The notes beneath the pieces are model-generated. The model saw only the letters and a program-made list of their open reading frames with translations. It was not told where the DNA came from and ran no database searches. Of a stretch of DNA of 64,000 bases, positions 29,001-38,744 are shown piece after piece (position 1 is the stretch's first letter; each line of letters opens with the position of its first letter). Origin of the DNA: Polyangiaceae bacterium (GTDB lineage: Bacteria; Myxococcota_A; Polyangia; Polyangiales; Polyangiaceae). Location: the NCBI GenBank assembly GCA_035063585.1, contig JAPSGB010000005.1:1-64000 (forward strand), read 5' to 3'. The translations under genes and the position numbers were made by a program.

Positions 29001-31368
29001 GGGTTCCGAGGTTCTCGAGCAGATCCTTGTAGCGCCCGTGCTTGCTATAGAGACGATCGAGGCCGCGCAGGGCGTCGAGGTTCTCGGGATCCGTCGCGAG
29101 CACGGACAGGTAACGCTGCATCGCCTGAGGGTCGTCCTTCAGGCGGTCCTCGTAGATTTCCGCGATCCGACACAGCGCCTTGTGCATCTCCTCTCCGCGG
29201 AGCGCGCTCGCGCGCCGCTCGAGGATCTGTATGAGCCCGGCGAAATCACCGGTGCGTTCGTAAATCGCCGCGAGCGCGTCGCTCGCCTTCTCATGGCCCG
29301 GATCTTCGGCGAGGATCTGGAGATAGAGGTCGCGCGCGCCTCCCGTGTCGCTCAGTTGGTGTTCGAGGATCTCGGCGGCCTCGGCGCGGAGGTCGCGCGC
29401 CCGGGCGGGTGTGGCGGCCGCGTCGGCGCGGCGGCTGAGCACCATGCCGAGCTCCGGCCACTGCTGCGCCTTGCGGTAGATCTGCGTCATGCCGTCCAAC
29501 GCGGCTTCGTTCGCAGGCTCGTTCGCGATGATCGCCTGGTAGCAGGGAAGGGCGAGATCCGGCCGCGAGACCTTGTCCGCGTACCAGCGGCCCATGCGCG
29601 CGAGGAGCGGGTTCTTGCGCTCGGGCGGCACCTCCTGATCGCCGGCGACCTCCGCGCACGCGCCGAGGACCTCCCCCCAGGCGTCGTGGCTCGTGCCCGC
29701 CAACCGCTCGATCTCGTCGGCCAGGCTCGTTTGCTGGGCGTCCTCGCAGAAGGCTTGCGTGAACGCCACCAGCGCTTGTTCCTTGTCTTCGAGCTCCTGC
29801 GCGTAGAGGCGACCGATCTCCGCGAGGGCCCGCGCGCGCTCGCTGCGGCTCTCGGCCTGCTCGCTTCGCGCGAGGAGCATCTCGATGAGCTCCTCGTACT
29901 TGCCCATGGCGCGCCGGAGATCCTCGAGGCCGGTGGCCGCGATGTCATCGTCCGGATCGAGCTCGACTAGCCAGGTGTAGATCTGCTCGGCCTTCTCGCG
30001 GTCTCGGGTCGCGTTCTCGTAGAGCCGCGCTGCGCGGAAGAGGAGGCTCTTCTTGGCTTCCCGCTTCCCCTTGTCGCCGGCGACCTCGATGCCATCGGCC
30101 GCCATGCTGAAGGCCTCCGCCACGCGGGCGGCGTCGGCGCCTTCCTCGACCGCCGCTTCGAGCGCGACCGCGGCGTCCTCGTCCTCCGGGTCGGCGACCA
30201 GCGCCTCGACGCGCTGATCGAGATCGGCGGCCGAGATGGTGACTTCCTTGCGCGCAGCCTGCGAGCGCCCGAGCGTCTCGAGGCTCTCGAGCAACACGCG
30301 GGCGTCGCGCGGTCGCTGGCTGGGATCCTTTGCGAGTAGGGAGAGCACGAACTCGTCGAGCTCTTTGGCCACCCAGCCGCGCGGCGCAACGCTGCTCGGC
30401 GGCGCCGGCGCGCGGGTGGTGTGCCCAGCCGCGGACTCGGTCGCGCTGACGTCCCCGAAGACCGGCTTGCCGGTGAGGATCTCGAACAAGACCGCGCCGA
30501 ACGAGTAGACGTCGCTGCGCGGGTCCGAGGAGAGCCCGCGGATCTGCTCGGGCGATACCGTCTTTGGTGAGCCCACGGTGGAGAAGAGCTCGCTCTGGCC
30601 GCTGGCGACCCGCGCGCGCGCGCGGAGGCGGTCCGACCCCGCGTCCAAGAGGACGACCCCTTGGCTCCCATCGGCGTTTCGCGTGACGATCACGTTCTCG
30701 AGGCGAAGCGCGCCGTGCGAGAGCCGCCGCTCGTGGATCTTTGCGAGCGGCTCGAGCAGCGCTTTCAGGAGCGCGCGCGCCTCGTTCATGTGCATCGGGC
30801 CGGTGCGCGCGATGCGCGCAGACAGCGGCTGCCCCTCGACGTAGGCGTGCGCGACGAAGAAGCGGTCACCGCTCTCGCCGGTCACGAGCTCGCGCGGCAG
30901 GCCCGGGTGATCGATCCGACCGACCAGCCGCGTCACCGTCTGATAGCGGTGCAGCCCGCGGCGGTCCCGCGTGGCTTCACGGCGCAGCAGCTTGAGCCGC
31001 GCCTCGCGCCCGTCCTTGCGAGCGAGGTAGCTGATGCCGAGGCGGCCATCGCCGAGCTTGCGGACGAGCTCGAAGCCGCCGAGGTTCGCGCCGAGCGGGA
31101 GCTCATCGTCGTACGCGAGCCCGTTCATACGGAGCGCGCCGATCTTGGGGTTTACCTCCGCGCGGCTCGCGAGGAGCGCGTCGCAGAGCGCCTCGACGGA
31201 GTCGGTGTCTCGGCAGTGCTCGACGAGCGCCTTGACGAACGAGCCCTTGGCCGAGCTGCCGCCAATGGCTTCTGGATCGAAGCCGAGCAGATCGACGGCC
31301 AGTGACAGCAGTTCCTCGAGCTCGAACAACCGTTCGAGCTCGGCCCGGAGGATCTCGAGCTCCATCAT
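26041..31368 (-). CDS. ~1775-aa protein: putative effector-associated helical domain, Ser/Thr pseudokinase, long TPR array and myxobacterial C-terminal domain
   Basis: ATG 31368 with AAGGA RBS; kinase-fold remnants LGDGRLG, HGALRLEN, LLDAG, SPEQIRG, SDVYSFG; many A..LE.DP....AL TPRs. Confidence 0.88.
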   Translation of the reverse strand: MMELEILRAELERLFELEELLSLAVDLLGFDPEAIGGSSAKGSFVKALVEHCRDTDSVEALCDALLASRAEVNPKIGALRMNGLAYDDELPLGANLGGFELVRKLGDGRLGISYLARKDGREARLKLLRREATRDRRGLHRYQTVTRLVGRIDHPGLPRELVTGESGDRFFVAHAYVEGQPLSARIARTGPMHMNEARALLKALLEPLAKIHERRLSHGALRLENVIVTRNADGSQGVVLLDAGSDRLRARARVASGQSELFSTVGSPKTVSPEQIRGLSSDPRSDVYSFGAVLFEILTGKPVFGDVSATESAAGHTTRAPAPPSSVAPRGWVAKELDEFVLSLLAKDPSQRPRDARVLLESLETLGRSQAARKEVTISAADLDQRVEALVADPEDEDAAVALEAAVEEGADAARVAEAFSMAADGIEVAGDKGKREAKKSLLFRAARLYENATRDREKAEQIYTWLVELDPDDDIAATGLEDLRRAMGKYEELIEMLLARSEQAESRSERARALAEIGRLYAQELEDKEQALVAFTQAFCEDAQQTSLADEIERLAGTSHDAWGEVLGACAEVAGDQEVPPERKNPLLARMGRWYADKVSRPDLALPCYQAIIANEPANEAALDGMTQIYRKAQQWPELGMVLSRRADAAATPARARDLRAEAAEILEHQLSDTGGARDLYLQILAEDPGHEKASDALAAIYERTGDFAGLIQILERRASALRGEEMHKALCRIAEIYEDRLKDDPQAMQRYLSVLATDPENLDALRGLDRLYSKHGRYKDLLENLGTQVRLAATPRQKITLWERIAGIYDEEFLDHAQAALAWEAILGIDAAHDGALTALVRHYRALDRWEDVVALYDRHLRLVTDPERQLALSVARAHVLADQVGSPERATRAYEAVLELDPGHAGALEALARLRETSGDANAALQAIEQLAAKATTPEAKAEQFLRAAKLLEQRGDRDGAIERYKLALDANPEDSGAAAQLRTAYVARGDVNAALQLIERELERTDGDRAKARLAAEAAKLAREKLKNDDRAEEAAQRAISYDPTNLEALIVLGDIAFDAKHFFEASKHYELIADRVDTLDKAAAAGILVRYVDSLASSGSTERAVTAMDTLLRIAPDDPQALERVAQVTFEHGSPKRAVELYEDLFKRFDARFQGKERAQALHRFGDALRSSERYDEALTRLAEACDLDPTSEAPLIALAKVHEAKGDWEQVLKIKTRQLDIVTDSQRIHVLTEMGDIAASHLKDPTRAAKSFVAALEERPDDRKLLTKLMQLYSEEKDWGKLVDVVLRLADFVDDDKQKAKYLHTAAIVSARQLGDVDRALEFYEKVLKLDPEMSRALDEAIEISTTKGDFEKVEQLLKQKLSRATGSQDQALMLATFSALGSLYEKNLGWMDQAIDAFEAAQTLDADNRERAEHLADLYASNPEKYLDKAVTSQLVLLRQNPYRPDSYKLLRRLYTEVKQPDPAWCLCQALYVLNLAEPDEERFFKRMRAETAAPAQAAFSDEDWLLSVMHPDASPLLTSVFALIEPAVIASRGQALDALGYDARYAIDLARHPYPMSQTLHYAAGVMGMEAPPTFQNTNDPGGLSFLHAHTPSIVLGMAALGADVPAQAAAFIAARHLAYFRPGMYVRHLIPSGTALKSWLFAAIKMIAPAFPVAAELEGPVNEALEALEASMQGQARDQLARVVSKLLQSGGALDLKRWVAGVDLTADRAGFVVAHDLETAVEIVKASDEGSSAVPNQERLKELVLYAVSEPYFAMRRKLAIGIDS

Positions 31369-31585
31369 GGTTCCTTGTGCAGCGCTTTCCGCCGAGCGCG
31401 TCCGGTCACTGGACGCCGCCCGGTCTCGGGAGGTGCGGCATGATAGCCAAAGTGCGGTCTTTTCAACACAATCTCTCGCGCGCCGACCGCGTGCGGCGGC
31501 GGTTTGCCGGGCGAGGCAGGCGCGCGCGCCTCGCGCCCCGGTCGATTTCTGGTGTTCGGGCGCCCACCCGTGGGAGTGTGGTCGT

Positions 31586-31879
31586 GTGAGCTCCACGCGA
31601 CTCCTCGCCGAGCGGGCGCTTCCGATCGCCATCCTGGCCCTCGCCGTGGTCGCGGTGCCGGTCCTGATGTTGGGGCCCACCGGGGTCGCGCGGCTCGAGA
31701 GCCTGCGGGGGGAGCGAGCTCGCAGCGACGAGGAGATCTCGCGCCTCTCCCAGCAAATTCGCGAGCTACGCGGGCAGGTGAAGCGGATCAAGGAAGATCC
31801 GGCCGCCGTCGAGCGGGTCGCTCGCGACGAGCTCGGGCTCGTGCGTCAGACCGAGGTCATCTTCCAGTTCAAGCGCTGA
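31586..31879 (+). CDS. ftsB: Septum formation initiator FtsB/DivIC
   Basis: Short TM, coiled coil, VERVARDELGLVRQTEVIFQF. Confidence 0.88.
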   Translation: MSSTRLLAERALPIAILALAVVAVPVLMLGPTGVARLESLRGERARSDEEISRLSQQIRELRGQVKRIKEDPAAVERVARDELGLVRQTEVIFQFKR

Positions 31880-32081
31880 GCCGGCGCCCCCCTCGGGCAG
31901 GTGCCGGTCCGGCGCGGAACCGCGCGGGGCGTCGCGCGCCTCGACGCCGTCCCGACTCGGGCCGCCGCTAGCTCGTCGACGAGTCGTAGGCTGCGGACGC
32001 CCCCGGGAAACCGAGCGCCGCGCCCGCTCGGTGACTCCGCGAGCTTGCGGCCCGGACCGCGCCGCGCCAGCATCCGCGGCC

Positions 32082-33317
32082 GTGGCCATCGAGCTCGCGC
32101 GCCGGTTGCTGCAGGGCGGAGTCGCCGCGACGAGCGATGTCGAGCGTGCGCTGACGGCCTCGATGAGTCGCCGGGTCCCCTTTCTCGCGGCCTTTGCCGC
32201 GCAGTCCGTCGAGGCTGCCGGGCTCGTCGAGCGCGAGACCGAGCGCGCGAGGGTCCCTGTGGTTCGGGCGGTTCGCGGTGTGTCCGCGCTCCATGACCAG
32301 CTGCCCGCCGGGATGTGTGCCCGGCTCATCGCGGTGCCGGTTCGGCGCGACCCGCGCACCGGGACGGTCGACGTCGCCACCGCCGATCCGTTCGACCCGC
32401 ACCTCGCCGAGGAGTTCGCGTTTCACCTCGGCAGCCCGGTTCGGATCCTGCGCGCCACCGTCGCCGAGCTTCGCGCCGCGCTCGAGGAGCTCGAGTCCGA
32501 GCGGCGCTCGCCGCCGCGCGAGTCGTTCGCCGACGAGCACGACGGCCGGACGCCGGCGTTCGGGACCCCGGCGCTCACGCCCGACGCCTCGCGGACGCCG
32601 ATCATGCCGCGCGTCTCGCTCGGCGCGCTCGCCGCCCGGACCCGCTCGAGCGGGCCGCCGATCCCCTTGGTGACCCGCTCGTTGGCCCCCCCGCCCGCGG
32701 GCGCGGAGGCGAGCTCGGTCCTCCGGCCCGCGCGGTCGCCCGTCATCGAGCTGCCCGAGGTGGACGAGGCGGGCCAGCCCGTCATCGAGCTCTTTCGTTC
32801 CAAGGCGCCGCCTCCGCCTTCGGCCGGGCCCAGCGCCGGAGAGCCGGACCTCGGGCTCGTCTTGATGGGGCTCGCGAGCGCGGACCGCCCGGACGAGGTG
32901 GTCGAGCACGTCCTCTCCGCGATGGCGCCGGTCGCCGAGCGGGTCGTCGTGCTCGCGGCGCGTGCCGATGGGTTCGGGGGCCGCGCCGCGAGCCATGCGG
33001 TCGGCGACCCCGAGTCGGTGCGCCGGCTGCGAGTCACCGCGGGCGCTTCTCACGCGATCGAGACGGCGCTGGCGCGCGGGTTCTTCCTCGGTCGCTTGGA
33101 CGCTGACACCGAGGCCGGGCTCGTGAGAGCGCTGGCCGCTCACGCGCGAGACGCCTACCTGGTCACCGTGAGCGCGTCGGGGCGCCCGGCGCTCCTGGTC
33201 GCGGTCGCCGGGATGTCGAGCACGTTCGCCGCGAGCCGGCGCGCCGACGAGGTAGCGCGCGCCGCAGGCGAGGCCATCGAGCGGATCCTTCGAGCCCGAA
33301 AGCGCTCCACGTCCTAG
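32082..33317 (+). CDS. GspE N-terminal (MshEN/T2SSE_N)-domain protein without an ATPase
   Basis: [14 protein letters not shown]...VATADPFD...[10 protein letters not shown], Pro-rich linker, GAF-like C-terminus; no Walker A; start uncertain (32031/32082). Confidence 0.72.
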   Translation: MAIELARRLLQGGVAATSDVERALTASMSRRVPFLAAFAAQSVEAAGLVERETERARVPVVRAVRGVSALHDQLPAGMCARLIAVPVRRDPRTGTVDVATADPFDPHLAEEFAFHLGSPVRILRATVAELRAALEELESERRSPPRESFADEHDGRTPAFGTPALTPDASRTPIMPRVSLGALAARTRSSGPPIPLVTRSLAPPPAGAEASSVLRPARSPVIELPEVDEAGQPVIELFRSKAPPPPSAGPSAGEPDLGLVLMGLASADRPDEVVEHVLSAMAPVAERVVVLAARADGFGGRAASHAVGDPESVRRLRVTAGASHAIETALARGFFLGRLDADTEAGLVRALAAHARDAYLVTVSASGRPALLVAVAGMSSTFAASRRADEVARAAGEAIERILRARKRSTS

Positions 33318-33375
33318 CCGTCCGCCGGCGCGCGCCGGCTTCGCGCGCACCGCGAAATGCTATGACCGGGTCGTC

Positions 33376-35532
33376 ATGAGCGATGCGAAGGGTCGGGCCG
33401 ACACGGCAACCTGGGAAGCGCTGGCCGCGAAGGAGCGGCGGGGCTCGGAGTCGAGTGAGCTCGTGTGGCACACGCCCGAGGGGCTCGAGGTGAAGCCGCT
33501 CTACACGCGCGCCGACGTCGAGGGGCTCGAGTTCACTGACACCATCCCCGGCGACTTTCCGTTCCTGCGCGGGCCCAAGGCGACCATGTACGCCGGCCGC
33601 CCGTGGACCATTCGGCAGTATGCCGGGTTCTCGACCGCCGAGGAGTCGAACGCGTTCTATCGGCGCGGCCTCGCCGCCGGTCAAAAGGGGCTCAGCGTCG
33701 CGTTCGATCTCGCGACCCACCGCGGCTACGACAGCGACCACCCGCGGGTGCTGGGCGACGTCGGCAAGGCGGGCGTCGCGATCGACTCGGTCGAGGACAT
33801 GAAGATCCTCTTCGACGGGATCCCGCTCGCCGAGACCAGCGTGAGCATGACCATGAACGGCGCGGTGCTGCCGGTGGTCGCGAGCTTCATCGTCGCCGCC
33901 GAGGAACGAGGCGTCGAGCAGGCCGCGCTCACCGGGACCATCCAGAACGACATCCTCAAGGAGTTCATGGTCCGCAACACGTACATCTACCCGCCCGCTC
34001 CCTCGATGCGGATCGTGAGCGACATCATCGAGTACATGAGCCGGAAGATGCCGCGCTTCAACTCGATCTCGATCAGCGGCTACCACATGCAGGAGGCCGG
34101 CGCGACGGCCGATCTCGAGCTCGCGTTCACCATCGCCGATGGGCTCGAGTATGTGCGAGCGGCGCTCGCCAAGGGCCTCTCCATCGACGACTTCGCGCCA
34201 CGCCTGTCGTTCTTCTTCGCCATTGGGATGAATTTCTACATGGAAGTGGCGAAACTCCGCGCCGCGCGCCTCATCTGGGCGACCTTGATGAAGCGGCATT
34301 TCGCGCCGAAGCGCCCCACCAGCCTGATGCTGCGGACGCACTGCCAGACCTCGGGGGTGTCACTCACCGAGCAGGATCCGTTCAACAACATCGTGCGGAC
34401 CACGGTGGAGGCGATGGCGGCGGTCCTCGGCGGCACCCAGAGCCTGCACACCAACTCGTTCGACGAAGCGGTGGCGCTCCCGACCGACACCTCGGCCCGA
34501 GTGGCGCGAAACACCCAGCTCATCCTCCAGCACGAGACCGGGATCACGCACGTCGTCGATCCGTGGGGTGGGTCGTATTTCATGGAATCCTTGACCCACG
34601 CGCTGGCCGCCAAGGCGCTCGGTATCATCGAGGAGGTCGAGGCGCTCGGCGGCATGACCCGGGCCGTCGAGAGCGGCATGCCCAAGCTCCGTATCGAGGA
34701 GGCCGCGGCGCGCCGGCAGGCGCGGATCGATCGCGGTCTCGACGTGGTGGTGGGCGTGAACGAGTACAAGCTCGAACACGAGCCACCGATCGATGTCCGG
34801 GTCGTGGACAACACCCGCGTGCGCGCCGCTCAGGTCGCGCGGCTAGCGGAAATCAAGCGGCGGCGGGACGCTGCCGAGGTCGAGCGCGCGCTCGCCGCGC
34901 TCACCCGCGCGGCCGAGAGCGGCGAGGGCAACCTGCTCGAGCGGAGCGTCGTGGCGGCTCGGGCGCGAGCCACGGTCGGCGAGATTTCTCTGGCGCTCGA
35001 GCGAGTGTTCGGGCGGCATCAGGCGGAACAGCGTAGTGTCTCCGGCGTGTACGGCGGCTTCTACGCGAATGATCCCGACTGGGCCCGGATGCGCGCCGAG
35101 GTCGAGGCCTTCGCGGAGCGGCATGGTCGCCGCCCGCGTATGCTGGTCGCGAAGATGGGGCAAGATGGCCATGATCGCGGCGCCAAGGTGATCGCCACCG
35201 CCTTTGCGGACCTAGGGTTCGACGTGGACGTGGGGCCCCTCTTCCAGACGCCGGCCGAGACGGCCCGCCAGGCCATCGACAACGACGTGCACGTGGTCGG
35301 GGTCTCGACCCAGGCGGCTGGCCACACGACGCTGGTCCCCGCGCTGGTCGACGAGCTGAAGCAGCAGGGCGGCGGCGACATCCTGGTGGTGTGCGGCGGC
35401 GTGATCCCGCCGGGGGACTACCCGTTCCTCGCCGACCACGGCGTCTCCGCCGTCTTCGGCCCCGGTTCGCCAATCCCTCTGGCGGCGCGGCAGGTGCTCG
35501 AGCTGCTCTCGAAGCGCGAGGTGTCCGAGTAG
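33376..35532 (+). CDS. scpA: Methylmalonyl-CoA mutase (single chain, B12-dependent)
   Basis: [33 protein letters not shown]12 motif [10 protein letters not shown]. Confidence 0.98.
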   Translation: MSDAKGRADTATWEALAAKERRGSESSELVWHTPEGLEVKPLYTRADVEGLEFTDTIPGDFPFLRGPKATMYAGRPWTIRQYAGFSTAEESNAFYRRGLAAGQKGLSVAFDLATHRGYDSDHPRVLGDVGKAGVAIDSVEDMKILFDGIPLAETSVSMTMNGAVLPVVASFIVAAEERGVEQAALTGTIQNDILKEFMVRNTYIYPPAPSMRIVSDIIEYMSRKMPRFNSISISGYHMQEAGATADLELAFTIADGLEYVRAALAKGLSIDDFAPRLSFFFAIGMNFYMEVAKLRAARLIWATLMKRHFAPKRPTSLMLRTHCQTSGVSLTEQDPFNNIVRTTVEAMAAVLGGTQSLHTNSFDEAVALPTDTSARVARNTQLILQHETGITHVVDPWGGSYFMESLTHALAAKALGIIEEVEALGGMTRAVESGMPKLRIEEAAARRQARIDRGLDVVVGVNEYKLEHEPPIDVRVVDNTRVRAAQVARLAEIKRRRDAAEVERALAALTRAAESGEGNLLERSVVAARARATVGEISLALERVFGRHQAEQRSVSGVYGGFYANDPDWARMRAEVEAFAERHGRRPRMLVAKMGQDGHDRGAKVIATAFADLGFDVDVGPLFQTPAETARQAIDNDVHVVGVSTQAAGHTTLVPALVDELKQQGGGDILVVCGGVIPPGDYPFLADHGVSAVFGPGSPIPLAARQVLELLSKREVSE

Positions 35533-35534
35533 CC

Positions 35535-36530
35535 GTGGCCGACGTCGAGGGGCTCGCGAGCGGGGTGATCGCCGGCGAGCGGCGCGCCCTGGCCAAGGCG
35601 CTCACGCTGGTCGAGAGCACTCGCGACGATCACCAGGGCGAAGCGCAGCGCCTGCTCGAGCGGCTCTTGCCGCGAACCGGACGCGCGGCTCGCGTCGGCG
35701 TGAGCGGCGTGCCCGGGGTCGGTAAGAGCACGTTCATCGAAGCGCTCGGCATGTACCTGGTCGACGAGGGCGCGCGGGTCGCGGTGCTCGCGGTCGATCC
35801 CTCGAGCACCCTGAGCGGGGGCAGCGTGCTCGGCGACAAGACGCGGATGGTGCGCCTGGCAGCATCCGAGCGGGCCTTCGTCCGCCCGACCCCGGCGAGC
35901 GGCTCGCTCGGCGGCGTCGCGCGGCGTACCCGCGAGGCGCTCCTCGTCTGTGAAGCCGCCGGCTACGACGTCGTGCTCGTGGAGACGGTCGGGGTGGGAC
36001 AGTCCGAGTTTGCGGTCGCTTCCATGGTGGACAGCTTCCTCTTGCTCGCCTTGCCCGGCGCTGGCGACGAGCTCCAGGGGATCAAGCGCGGTATCCTCGA
36101 GCTCGCTGACGTCTTGGCGGTCAACAAGGCCGATGGTGACGGACTCCGGCGCGCCGAGCAGGCGGCCGCCGAGGCACGCGCCGCGCTCCGCTTCCTCCGG
36201 TCGGCGACCGATGGGTGGACTCCTCCGGTGCTCTTGGTGAGCGCTCGGGAGGGGCGCGGGATGGCTCTGGTGTGGGAGCGGCTGCTCGAGCACCGCCGCC
36301 TGCTCGAGCGGAGCGGTCAGCTCGAGCAGAAGCGCGCCGTCCAGCAGGAGAGCTGGCTCTTCAGCCTCCTCCGCGAGGGGCTCGAGGCGCGCTTCTTCGC
36401 GCGTCCGGACGTCAAGGCCAGCCTCGACGACGTGCTCGCGCAGATCGCCGCGCGGCGCATCACCCCCACCGAGGGCGCCCGCAGGCTCCTCGCCCTCGCC
36501 GACGCGTCGGCTTCCGCGACGCGCGGCTGA
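35535..36530 (+). CDS. meaB: MCM-associated GTPase MeaB/ArgK
   Basis: GVPGVGKST, AVDPSS, GDKTRM, ETVGVGQSE, GDELQGIKRG, NKAD. Confidence 0.96.
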   Translation: MADVEGLASGVIAGERRALAKALTLVESTRDDHQGEAQRLLERLLPRTGRAARVGVSGVPGVGKSTFIEALGMYLVDEGARVAVLAVDPSSTLSGGSVLGDKTRMVRLAASERAFVRPTPASGSLGGVARRTREALLVCEAAGYDVVLVETVGVGQSEFAVASMVDSFLLLALPGAGDELQGIKRGILELADVLAVNKADGDGLRRAEQAAAEARAALRFLRSATDGWTPPVLLVSAREGRGMALVWERLLEHRRLLERSGQLEQKRAVQQESWLFSLLREGLEARFFARPDVKASLDDVLAQIAARRITPTEGARRLLALADASASATRG

Positions 36531-36656
36531 GCGAGCGCGGTGCTCCCCCCCTGATCGCGCTGTCCTGCTCCGCGGCCCTGCGGGACACGGCCGCCGCCGC
36601 GTTCGCGTCGAATATTCATTTTCTTGTTGGCTCGGCGCGTGCAAGAGCGGCCCGCC

Positions 36657-37349
36657 ATGAGATGGCTGGTCGCGGCGATGCTGGCGGGAGGGCTCCTCGT
36701 GAGCTCGGCGGCCGAGGCCGCGGAGACGACCGAGCCCGAGTGGCTCTTCGGCGCTGCCGTCTCGTTCGTGAGGACGACGCCGGTCGACCTCGCTGCGATC
36801 GCCGAGAGTAACCGGTACGGCACGGGCAACGACGCCTCGGGAGCGGCGCTCGGCTTCGGCTTGCGCGCTGGCGTGGTGACGGCTCGTGTCTTCGAGCTCT
36901 CCCTCACCGGGACCATCGCGGCGGGCGGGTTGGCGCTCACCCAGATCGAGTCTCGGTACTACGGCTCCGGACCGGATACGATCGGCGGAACGCTCACCGC
37001 GACCGCCGAGCTCTCCGGGCGGTACGTCGCCTGGGACCGCCCGTCACTCAGGCTCTTCGTAGGGCCGGCGGCCGGGCTGCAGCGGCGCGCTGCGTCTTCG
37101 GGGGTCGGCAGCGCCTTCCTCGACACTGTGCCGGTGGGCCTCGACGTCGGCGCGCGCGTGCCGGTGAGCCGGATCTCGCGGCGGGTCGAGGGGAGCCTCG
37201 AGCTCACGCTATTGGCGAGGCGCGAGCTCATGCCCGCGGCGCAGGTCGGCGGCGGCCGCGCCGGGCCTCCCCAGCTCGCGGGGAGCGGTGGTGGGGACGC
37301 CATCTACTCCTTCGGCGTCGCGTTCGGTTACGTCTTCGGACTGCGCTAG
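36657..37349 (+). CDS. Hypothetical exported protein, probable outer-membrane beta-barrel
   Basis: Signal peptide (AEA-A), alternating strands, C-terminal FGVAFGYVFGLR. Confidence 0.65.
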   Translation: MRWLVAAMLAGGLLVSSAAEAAETTEPEWLFGAAVSFVRTTPVDLAAIAESNRYGTGNDASGAALGFGLRAGVVTARVFELSLTGTIAAGGLALTQIESRYYGSGPDTIGGTLTATAELSGRYVAWDRPSLRLFVGPAAGLQRRAASSGVGSAFLDTVPVGLDVGARVPVSRISRRVEGSLELTLLARRELMPAAQVGGGRAGPPQLAGSGGGDAIYSFGVAFGYVFGLR

Positions 37350-37373
37350 GGCGAGGCGAGACGAGCGCTCCCG

Positions 37374-37835
37374 TCACTCGAGCGCGGCGAGCACCTCGGG
37401 GGGCGCCTGAACCAGCTCGATGAGCACGCCCTCTCCGCCGAGCGGTGACGCCTCATTACCCTTCGGGTGGATGAAGCAGACGTCGTGGCCGGCCGCGCCG
37501 CGGCGGATCCCGCCGGGCGTGAAGCGCACGCCTTGCTCGGTGAGCCAGGCGACCGCCGCGCCGAGATCGCTCACCCAGAGCCCAATGTGATTGAGCGCCG
37601 GCTCGTGGACGCGCGGACGAGCGGACGGGTCGACGGGCTGCATGAGATCGATCTCGACCGCGAGCGGGCCGCGGCCGGCCCGCAGGATGTCCTCGTCTAC
37701 GTTCTCCTGCTCGCTCCGAAACTCGCTCACCTTCTCGAGGCCGAGCACGTCGAGCCAGAGACGCCGCAGCGCGCTCTTGTCGGAGCTTCCAACCGCGATT
37801 TGTTGGACGCCGAGGATCTTGAAGGGTCGGGTCAT
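37374..37835 (-). CDS. mce: VOC-family protein, probable methylmalonyl-CoA epimerase
   Basis: [35 protein letters not shown]; close to scpA-meaB. Confidence 0.8.
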   Translation of the reverse strand: MTRPFKILGVQQIAVGSSDKSALRRLWLDVLGLEKVSEFRSEQENVDEDILRAGRGPLAVEIDLMQPVDPSARPRVHEPALNHIGLWVSDLGAAVAWLTEQGVRFTPGGIRRGAAGHDVCFIHPKGNEASPLGGEGVLIELVQAPPEVLAALE

Positions 37836-37891
37836 GGTGGGCTCCGGAGGAGCGACGCGCGACGGGCGCGCCGCGTCGGCAGCATGCGCGG

Positions 37892-38557
37892 TCAGGGGGC
37901 GCGAAACTGCAGGCCGACCGTCAGTTCCATGGTGCTATTGATCGCGCGCACGACGCCGGTGGTGAGGCCGGCATCGAGATAGACGCCCGCGTACTTGGAG
38001 AAGTCGTACTCTGGCCCCGCGGCGAGGTGGAAGACGAAATCCTGCTTATAGTCCTTGGTGTCGAAGGGCGCGCGGAGGGTTCCGCGAGAGCCCTCGAGCT
38101 CGTAACCTATCGCCGGCTCGAGGAAGATTTTGAAGGCTGAGTCGCTCATCGTGTAGATGCGCGTGCCCACGCCGACCAGGAGCAGGGGCTCCGTGTCCGT
38201 CTTCGGCTCCTCTTGAAGCCCAAAGCGGCCCCACAGGAACGGCTCGAGCCCATCCAGGATGGCAAAACTCGCGGCCAGGTCGAGCGCCAGCGGCGCGCTG
38301 AACCCGCAGAACTTCTGTTGGTCCTTCTCCGATTTTGCCGGATCCGGAGCGCTGCAGTACGGGGAGCTCGCGTAGCGAAACGCCATCCGGTAGCCGCCGG
38401 TCAGTCCGGCCCGCAGCCCGAACTGACGGCCATGGCCGTAGGAAGGAGCCTCCTCGCTCGAGGGCGTACCCTCGCCACCCGCACCCTCGCTGGCCGGCGC
38501 CGCCGCCGCGCCGCATGAGAAGAGCAGCACCACCCCGAGCGCTCGCCAGCCCATCAT
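37892..38557 (-). CDS. Hypothetical outer-membrane beta-barrel protein
   Basis: Signal peptide, Cys pair in a loop, amphipathic strands, C-terminal [10 protein letters not shown]. Confidence 0.72.
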   Translation of the reverse strand: MMGWRALGVVLLFSCGAAAAPASEGAGGEGTPSSEEAPSYGHGRQFGLRAGLTGGYRMAFRYASSPYCSAPDPAKSEKDQQKFCGFSAPLALDLAASFAILDGLEPFLWGRFGLQEEPKTDTEPLLLVGVGTRIYTMSDSAFKIFLEPAIGYELEGSRGTLRAPFDTKDYKQDFVFHLAAGPEYDFSKYAGVYLDAGLTTGVVRAINSTMELTVGLQFRAP

Positions 38558-38614
38558 GGCCGCGAGGATAGCCCAACCGTTTCGACCAAGAAAAGACCGT
38601 TCGGCGAGGGCCTC

Positions 38615-38702
38615 GCGGCCCGCGCCGACCCGGCCCGCGCCCGGTGCGGCCCGCGCCGACCCGGCCCGCGCCCGGTGCGGCTCGTGTCGACCCGGCCCGC
38701 GC
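38615..38702. repeat. Intergenic tandem repeat, 31-bp unit, about 2.8 copies
   Basis: gcggcccgcgccgacccggcccgcgcccggt at 38615 and 38646 (identical); partial third copy at 38677 with three C>T changes. Confidence 0.88.
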
Positions 38703-38744
38703 TGCGCGGGCTTCTTTGCGGGCGCGCCCCGCTCGGCTGGCGCC

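Noticed and set aside
38615..38702. CRISPR array
   Set aside because: Units are contiguous with no unique spacers, and there are no cas genes
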